Assembly: GCA_051294375.1 (NCBI GenBank)
Contig: CM119271.1
Coordinates: forward strand, 10,469,427 to 10,533,426
Source of the DNA: Paraspadella gotoi
Taxonomy: Eukaryota; Animalia; Chaetognatha
Length of the DNA: 64,000 bases
Direction: 5' to 3'
In this document: positions 48,035 to 64,000 of the stretch, piece after piece
Layout: every line of letters begins with the position of its first letter
Position numbering within the stretch: the first letter of the stretch is position 1
The notes under the pieces: generated by a model
Databases searched by the model: none
The model's input: the letters and a program-made list of their open reading frames with translations, nothing else
Told to the model about the DNA's origin: nothing
Made by a program: the position numbers and the translations under genes

Positions 48035-48893
48035 TTTTATAATCATTTTGTCGGTCCGTCGGTCCGCCCCCTCAATCTTGTCGGGCACTCAATTATATAT
48101 ATTTTTATATTGGTTGTACCAATTTCATATCATGTCAGAACATCTAATTATGATACTCTGGGAGTGAATAAACGAGACTGTGAGAGAGTCTTGATTGAAA
48201 GCTTGCAGGGACCTGCTATGTCATTATCTTGTAAGAGTGATGGAGGCCTTAAACCACCAAAGCCTGTCCAAAGTCAGGGGCAAGATAGCTTATTTATTAA
48301 ATGAATGGATAATTTTTATATTGGTTGTACCAATTTCATATTATGCAAAAAAAAATTATGTCCGTCCGTCCGTCTGTCTGTCCGTCCGACCGTCCCACCT
48401 TAGCAAAAAAACACCAATTACTCGTAATTGGATTGATGGATTGGAATGAAATTTTGTTTGTGGGTAGGGAAGTGTGTGATTGAGCTGGATATGAAGTTTC
48501 GATGGAATCGTCCGAGTGGAAATGAGTTTAAATGGAAAAAACCAAAAAAAATATTTCACTATTTGAACACCAATTGCTCATGAGTGGATGGGGCGATTGA
48601 TATGAAATTTTGTATGTGGGTAGGAAAGTGTGTGATTAAGCTGGAAATCAAGTTTCGATGGAATCGTCCGAGTGGAAATGAGTTTAAATGTAAAAACACA
48701 AAAAACCTGTTTCACTAATTGATTAATAATCAATTAGTGAAACAGATTTTTTGTGTTTTTACATTTAAACTCATTTTGCTTCTTTTTCTTTTTATATTAA
48801 ATGTAAATGCATTAATTAATTGATTAATTAATTAATATTAATTAATTAATTAATGATCGTGGGCAGATCCGACATTGTTTGCTCAAACTTGTT
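48035..48893 (+). mobile_element. HINE/DINE-1-like element, copy 2, with an internal tandem core and a foldback
   Basis: Shares (GTCY)n, the core GAAATTTTGT...AAGTGTGTGATT.AGC.GGA...GTTTCGATG (twice) and the 3' end GGCAGATCCG..ATTGTTTGCTCAAACTTGTT with copy 1. Confidence 0.75.
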
Positions 48894-50193
48894 CTCGTAA
48901 TAATCGATCGTAAGAAATGATAATTATGATGATGATGATGTTGTTTCTATTGTTTAAAAAAAAACGTTTCAGAATGAAACTGATCATGTCCATTGTCCAA
49001 CTTGAATCAACGATATTGCCTGTGATACGCGGATGCGTCGACCGAGGGTCCGATGTTCCGACCGTCAATAAGCTAGGGACTTTACGAAGAAAATCGACAT
49101 GAGCCGCAGTGTATCCATCCTTGCCGAATGACCCGAAATTAAGAACGCGTATTACGTTATGGTCGCGTACAAAACTTAATACATCGACAATCTTGGAAGC
49201 TTCTACGAATCTACAGTGTGATTTTTCTCAATTGTAACATTTCCTGTGGCGATATCTCAATTCTGATAAGTGTTTAGTATTAACTTCTTTGCCCGCCCAA
49301 CTCATCATACATATTTACGTCAACGCCCAGCTCAGTCTTGCTTTTGCTTCTAATCCTCGACGGAAGTACGAAGCAGCATGACCCCAGAACGACTTTTCAA
49401 GCAGACGCCTTTCAATGACCCACAAACACCAGAAAATTAACGCCTTTCAAATTTCTAGGATCGGAATAGACCAAAAACGATTTTGTGTACGTAAACGTAA
49501 ATGTAAATCTGACAATGTTGCCGCTAGGAGTCGCAAAGTAGCTAAATTTTAAAGTTCACGATGTTGCTTCTGTTGTTGTTGTTGTTAAGATTATTTTCCG
49601 GCATCGTTGTCGTTGTCGGTGGCAAATTGTTGTTGTTGTTATCGCCTTTTTTAAACTCCATTTATAAATACTGATAAAATTAATACAAAATATACAAATA
49701 TTGTCATTCGTCAAAATATTTGAATTTTTTATATGTACTTACGTAGGTAGCAAAGTGTAGAGCTTTAGAATTTTTATATTTTTTTAAGAATTAATGATAG
49801 TTTTTGATAAACTTAAAATGTTATTCCTTACAATTTTTTAAAGAAAATCTGTGTCGTTTCTTTCCCCATTCAAAAAGTAAGTCTAAAGAGCGGACCAATC
49901 GCAGGCAAGTATGTTCAATCTCTTCTCTAATTGGCTCTCACTGACGCCGAAGTTTTCCCGCCAAAATAGTTTCGAGTCAATGTCTGACAACTCTTGATAA
50001 TGAATAATCAGTTGTTGAAGCCGATTTCATCTGAGGCCTTATAAATTGTAGCTCCGTGGATGGTTTTAGTACGTATATTATAATTAACTACGTAACATCT
50101 TCAATTCGGGGAAAGTAAGTATACCGTGACTTTTAGTTTCGTGCTTTGAATATTTAAGTTTTATTAATTTTAAATCCACTTTCTTGCATCAGA

Positions 50194-52894
50194 ATGCCGT
50201 CCCCACTTCTGCTCATCGTTCTCATCTCCCTTACCTCGCGAACTCACCCGGCTACCGCCGATGATTGCCCGAGTCCCCACAACGATTTCACCGAAGCCTA
50301 CTTGTCTTACGTCGGCGCTCCGGGTACGCAGCTTGGTCGGCCCTGGAACGATTCCGATTATTACGAGACCAACGCCAATATTCCGCAGCTGCCGCTTCTC
50401 CACGGCTTCGTGGGCACCGCTGGTAAGGCTTCTCCAACTATTTTGTAATCGGGAATAACCTTACCTTCGATTCTTATTCTCGATACCAGGAACTTATCGA
50501 TTCATGGGCGTCCTCAGCCAAACCATGATCATGATCGGCGAGCCTAAGCACGGCCTTTGGCGTTATCAGGAAAACGGATTCGTTCGCGAATATAGGAAGA
50601 ACGCTATGGTGGGGATTTCGGCCGACGTTGATCCTAATAACATCACGGACCTTACGCAGGTATGAAAATGTTAATTAATTGGATACTCTTAGCTCTGACT
50701 TAACGTTTTGATTCGATCCCAAGATAAGGACAGGACCCGACTCTGCAAACTTTGATCAGTTTTCTTAATCGAAATTTTCACCCGCAGGCAAATTATAACA
50801 AAATCGTCAACAATTACGATAACTACATTCCCGAAGAGGGTATTAAAGGATACAAGTACCCCGACCAAGAGGAAACCCAGGGCTGTACTCCGATGCTCAA
50901 TTTTATCGGTACGGGTCACGTCTTCACTAAAACGTCCTCTGTATAAATTCTAAACCCTTATCTTTTTGTCAGATCTCACGATCTATCACCCGAAATACGG
51001 CAACAAATACCACGCCCATCCCCCGATCGATCTGCCCATTTACTATTGCCTCGTCTCGCAATACGATTATCCCTACTTGTTCGACATCTGGAAATACGTG
51101 ATCGCTCAGAATCACGCCAACATTATCGGAGAGCTGGGAATTCGAGCGGGTGAGGTTTTTTTTTATAAGTTAAATTTTCGTTACCCTACTTTTTAAAAAC
51201 CTTAACCTTTTCGTTTCAGGTCTGGACATTAAAGAAAACTACCGCGACGTGGTCCGCCTCTATTATTTCCCCGATGCTTCCATCTGGGCCAACGTTGGCG
51301 TGGGAGACAACGAGACTGACTTTCCGCGAACGACGCTGGGCGAAATTAACGGGACCGCGCAAACTATCAACTATCAGTGAGCCACGCCCACTGACTTAAA
51401 ATTCCCCTCTCACATTTACAATCTCTTCTCTTCTCACAACAGGCGAGTGGACCTCTCCAAGACAAACTACGAATTTTACATCGTCGATAAGATAATGTAC
51501 AACCAGCCGACGGTCAACTTGATTCTCGTTATGGAGAACGGCTTTGGTAATTACTCTCACTCGTACGTCCGTCCCGAAGGGTAAGTTAGCTGTTTTGAGA
51601 TATAATTTAACGGGATTTAATAACCTTTTTCCTAACCTCCCCCACAGCCATTACTGGGAAAACCTCTTACACTTCAACCCCAACGCCTCTTTCAATTTCA
51701 ACACCATCGAGGACAACTTCCCTCAAGTCTGGATCGACGGCGAAGTTGAACCCCAAAGAGCCAAAGGTCTGCCAGTCTACGGACACGCCCATCCGGATCG
51801 TAACGAGTTCGGTCTTGGGGGCGGCGCATGCCCGAACATGGGCGGCGACATGGCTTATTACCCTTGGGGAGTAACGGGCGGCGCTTTCGGCACGGCGTAT
51901 CAGGTAATTCTGTTAATTTTAACTTTATTTAACAAATGTTACCTCGCCGGTCATTCTTTTAACTTAACCGGCCAGTTCTTTCCACGGTCTAATCGCTTGT
52001 ACGAGTTTTCTTTTTGCCGTTTATTAGAGAAACGAATCGTTGATAAACTATTTTGTAAGTCACATCTTTCAAATCACAACTTTAGTTTTCACGTTTGTAA
52101 TTTCTCATTTTTAACCACATTATTCACGATTTATCCTCACGAAAATACAGACAATATTCTGCATCAGTTAGCCCATGTTAAAACATTCTTTCGGGCGGCC
52201 GACGCCTGGAACGCTCGACCTAGCGGGCATGAATCCTCGAAAATTTTCAGCACCATTGGTTTACAAGTTTTAATTGATTAATCCGCCAAGTAGGGTTAAT
52301 TCACAAATTTCACTTACCCTGAACTAAATTCCATCTCGAAATACCTTCTTCCGCCAGGAAATAACGACGATCTGCGACGCCATCTTGCTCGATGTCAAAT
52401 TCTGGTGCAACTTGGCCGTCGAGACTTGGGCCGATTCGTCTCTCAACGTCGGCAACTCTGCTTTCGACGCGGAGCAGATTGATTACGTCATGGACAGGAA
52501 TATGTAAGTTCGGAATTTTAAGTTATTGCCATTTTCGGGGTCATTCTTTTCATTTCCTACTTCCCTCCCACCCGACCATTTTAGGTACGGCTTCTACACC
52601 GACCCTTACCTCACGTCCAACAACGTGACCAATCCTTACGCCAGCGATTTAACCGGCGAAGGACGAATCATTAACCCGGACTCTGATAAACTCGACACGC
52701 TCACTATTCCGCTTAACTTTACCAGAAAGGGAAAGATTATTCCCTACGTCGAAGTACCCGACTTACCCAGGTAAGTTTTTAACTGATAACTTTTTCCTTA
52801 CCTTTTTTTAATTTAATTCTCCATTTTTTCCAGTGGAGTGGGCGGCCCGCGAAGCCCTGCCTACGACCCTCCATCGGGTCCACGCGTCAACTAA
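50194..52894 (+). CDS. Uncharacterised secreted glycoprotein, about 545 aa, 10 exons
   Basis: Signal-peptide-like MPSPLLLIVLISLTSRTHPATA; nine canonical GT-AG introns join ten exons with no stop or phase conflict; codon usage matches neighbouring genes; no family recognised. Confidence 0.85.
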
Positions 52895-54133
52895 ATGCTT
52901 TATCTTCAAGACAACCACGCTACTTAGCTTTTTTTGCCTGGAAGTATTTTATCCATTTTAGTCATTAGCTTTTTATGATGTACAATGTTTTATATGGCCT
53001 TGTATTTACATTCATTTAATACATTTTTATACACTCACGTCGCCTTTTTAATTACGTTTGTCAAGATTAGAACTGATCATGCAGATACACAACTTTTTCA
53101 ACGTTCGAATGAAAATATCACTTACTAAGTTGCTGAGTCCCTTGTCTGGGACTCAAATCTGTCCTAACTCAAAAACAAATTATTTGAATGATCGAACAAT
53201 GATATTTAGATGTGAGATAGTATGATTGACTAGTACAAAAATTTTGTTCATATTATGTTGAACAATAAAATATAATATTTGTAATATCCTAATAAAATAA
53301 TAAATTTTAAAAATAATTTTTATAAAGCTTAATAAAGATTCAGATTCTTCATAAAAAGTTTGAATCAAAAATATAAAACATGTTATCAAAAATTCTGTCA
53401 TCTTCAATGTTTAAAATAAAGGTAAAAATTCCTGACTTTTTTATTCTCTGTAGTAATTTATATATGTTAAAACGTTTTAATCATTTTTTATGATCTAAAC
53501 ATTAAAATATCTTAACATATTTATTAAAGTTTTTTAATTTTTTATAGCGAATCCAAATCAGTTCTTAAAAATAAAAATTATTTTTTGAAATTTAACGATT
53601 TTATAAGGATATTATTACATAAATAATTAAATTTGCTATACTGTTATGCTAAAAATTTTAAAAGGATTTAAAATTCATTATATCCATAGGCAGCAAAAAA
53701 ATGTTCAATCACTCAATCTTTTCATCATTCCACCCTACTACCTATCTCTGAAGTCCGCCACTACAACTGATTCAAATGTTCGGTCATAAAATTAACAAGT
53801 CAAAGCCTTCTGCAGTCTCCCGAACAAAAAGCTAACGTGACGGGCAAACTGATAAAGAATCTAAATTGTAATGGCCACTGCCGGGGCATATCGAAGACTA
53901 TCTCACTTTTCCGACACAGGGCCATCATAAGGATTAGACGGAACAGTTTGAGTGCACTCCCCCTCTCGGTTGGCGTAATAGTATAAATTTTTATTAAACT
54001 TAAGTTTCGGACATGTTGTGGCTTCAACGTGAGCTTTCATCAGCGCACAAACGACTTGACTTGTGAAACAAATATTTTTACAGACTTTCTTCAAGTTTTT
54101 AAATATTTTTAATTAAAATAAATATTCTCATAA

Positions 54134-54230
54134 CGGTCCACCTCGCCACGAAATGCCCTTTTGTTCGCGATAGTCGATAGATCGCGAGGTGGACCGATAT
54201 AGAATTAATATTCCATAAAGAAATTAAAAA
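54134..54230. repeat. Inverted-repeat end of a dispersed element (shared with 33061-33116), followed by GGTTAG-like repeats
   Basis: CGGTCCACCTCG ... CGAGGTGGACCG 12-bp inverted repeat; downstream GGGTTAGGGTTGGTTAGGGG at about 54263-54282. Confidence 0.7.
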
Positions 54231-54681
54231 TGTTTGTTATATTTTTTCAACGGTTTGCAATTGGGTTAGGGTTGGTTAGGGGAGGTTTTCAAATGAAATT
54301 TGTAAGTTTTTTTTTACCTTTATCAATATTTTCTTTTGCGTAGCGAGATTTCTATACGTCGCCCATAAATAGCGATAAATAAATGACCGACCGCGAAATT
54401 CTGGTCGGGGAATAATAAACCAACTATTAGACCACCAGACACTGTCATTAACTCTGGCCTCCCGTTTCATAAATGAAGAGGCGAAAAAAGTGTTCGAACT
54501 TTAAAAAAAAACCGGCCGTTATTTTCCAAGCTTATATTTAACTGTTAAACATTTTATAAAGCCTCATAAGTTGACCGAGGCGTATAACTTCAAAATATTT
54601 TCTTTTTATAACCATTTCATAATATCGAGAGTTTAGCCTCTGCTCTTTTTTTTATTTCCCTAATAACGGCCATCTTCCAAG

Positions 54682-63415
<8,734 letters not shown>

Positions 63416-64000
63416 TGGAGTCGCGCCGGTTGGAGCCGACGGGAATCCGAGCAACGAGGTGCAAAATTCCAAGTAATAAAAAACATTTTAAACCAAAATA
63501 TTTTTGAAAGAAGATTCTTTTGATATTTTTGATACATTAGCGAAAATATTTAGCGATTACTGAATTGTGAGATTCTTGAATTTTATTAGCATGTAATCAA
63601 TGTGTAGATATTAAAATTGTACCTGTTTTATTAATGCAAATATACATAAGAACGAATTGGAAAAAAAATATTTTGTTTTTTTTTCTCGTGTTCCGCGCTT
63701 TTTTCTGGTGAGGAGAAGGTTAAAACCAAGAGTTTCTGTCATTTAATTAATCAACAAAATAGCAAGGGCTAAGTTTTTTTTTTATCCCCCTTTGCTTTGA
63801 AGGAAAAATCAAACTATAAATAAAATATTAATTCATAGATGCTCTTCCGTCGCAGACGCTTATTTTGGCTTAATCGTGCTAGTTAGAAATACATAGATAG
63901 TTAAAAAAAAAAAACAAGCCTTATGATTACGTCACTACAATTTTATCTTTCGCAACGCCCAGTCACGAAAATCGTTAATTGTTAACCGATACATTACTGT

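Noticed and set aside
53800-54094. Small minus-strand gene
   Set aside because: Short ORFs with stops, no recognisable motif and no consistent splice sites.

Overview
Intron-rich eukaryotic DNA from an invertebrate animal, probably a bilaterian: its Axin has a full beta-catenin-binding motif, and a motile-cilium gene is present. Exons are GC-rich; introns are short and AT-rich. Seven spliced genes, all on the + strand, were assembled by hand: L3HYPDH (trans-3-hydroxy-L-proline dehydratase), GRIP-domain golgin GCC1, PAFAH1B2/3, acetyl-CoA carboxylase, Axin, an unrecognised 10-exon secreted protein of about 545 aa, and ODAD4/TTC25. Introns and intergenic DNA hold non-autonomous mobile elements: Kolobok-like TTAA elements, a TA-flanked Tc1/mariner-like MITE, Helentron-type HINE/DINE-1-like elements, a tRNA-derived SINE head, and micro- and minisatellites. 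The most striking signal is a near-complete twister ribozyme in the P5 circular permutation. It lies antisense within a highly structured ~350-nt insert in an Axin intron, beside an assembly gap with duplicated flanks. All calls come from manual reading and remembered family motifs; no searches were run, and internal exon boundaries may be off by a few bases.
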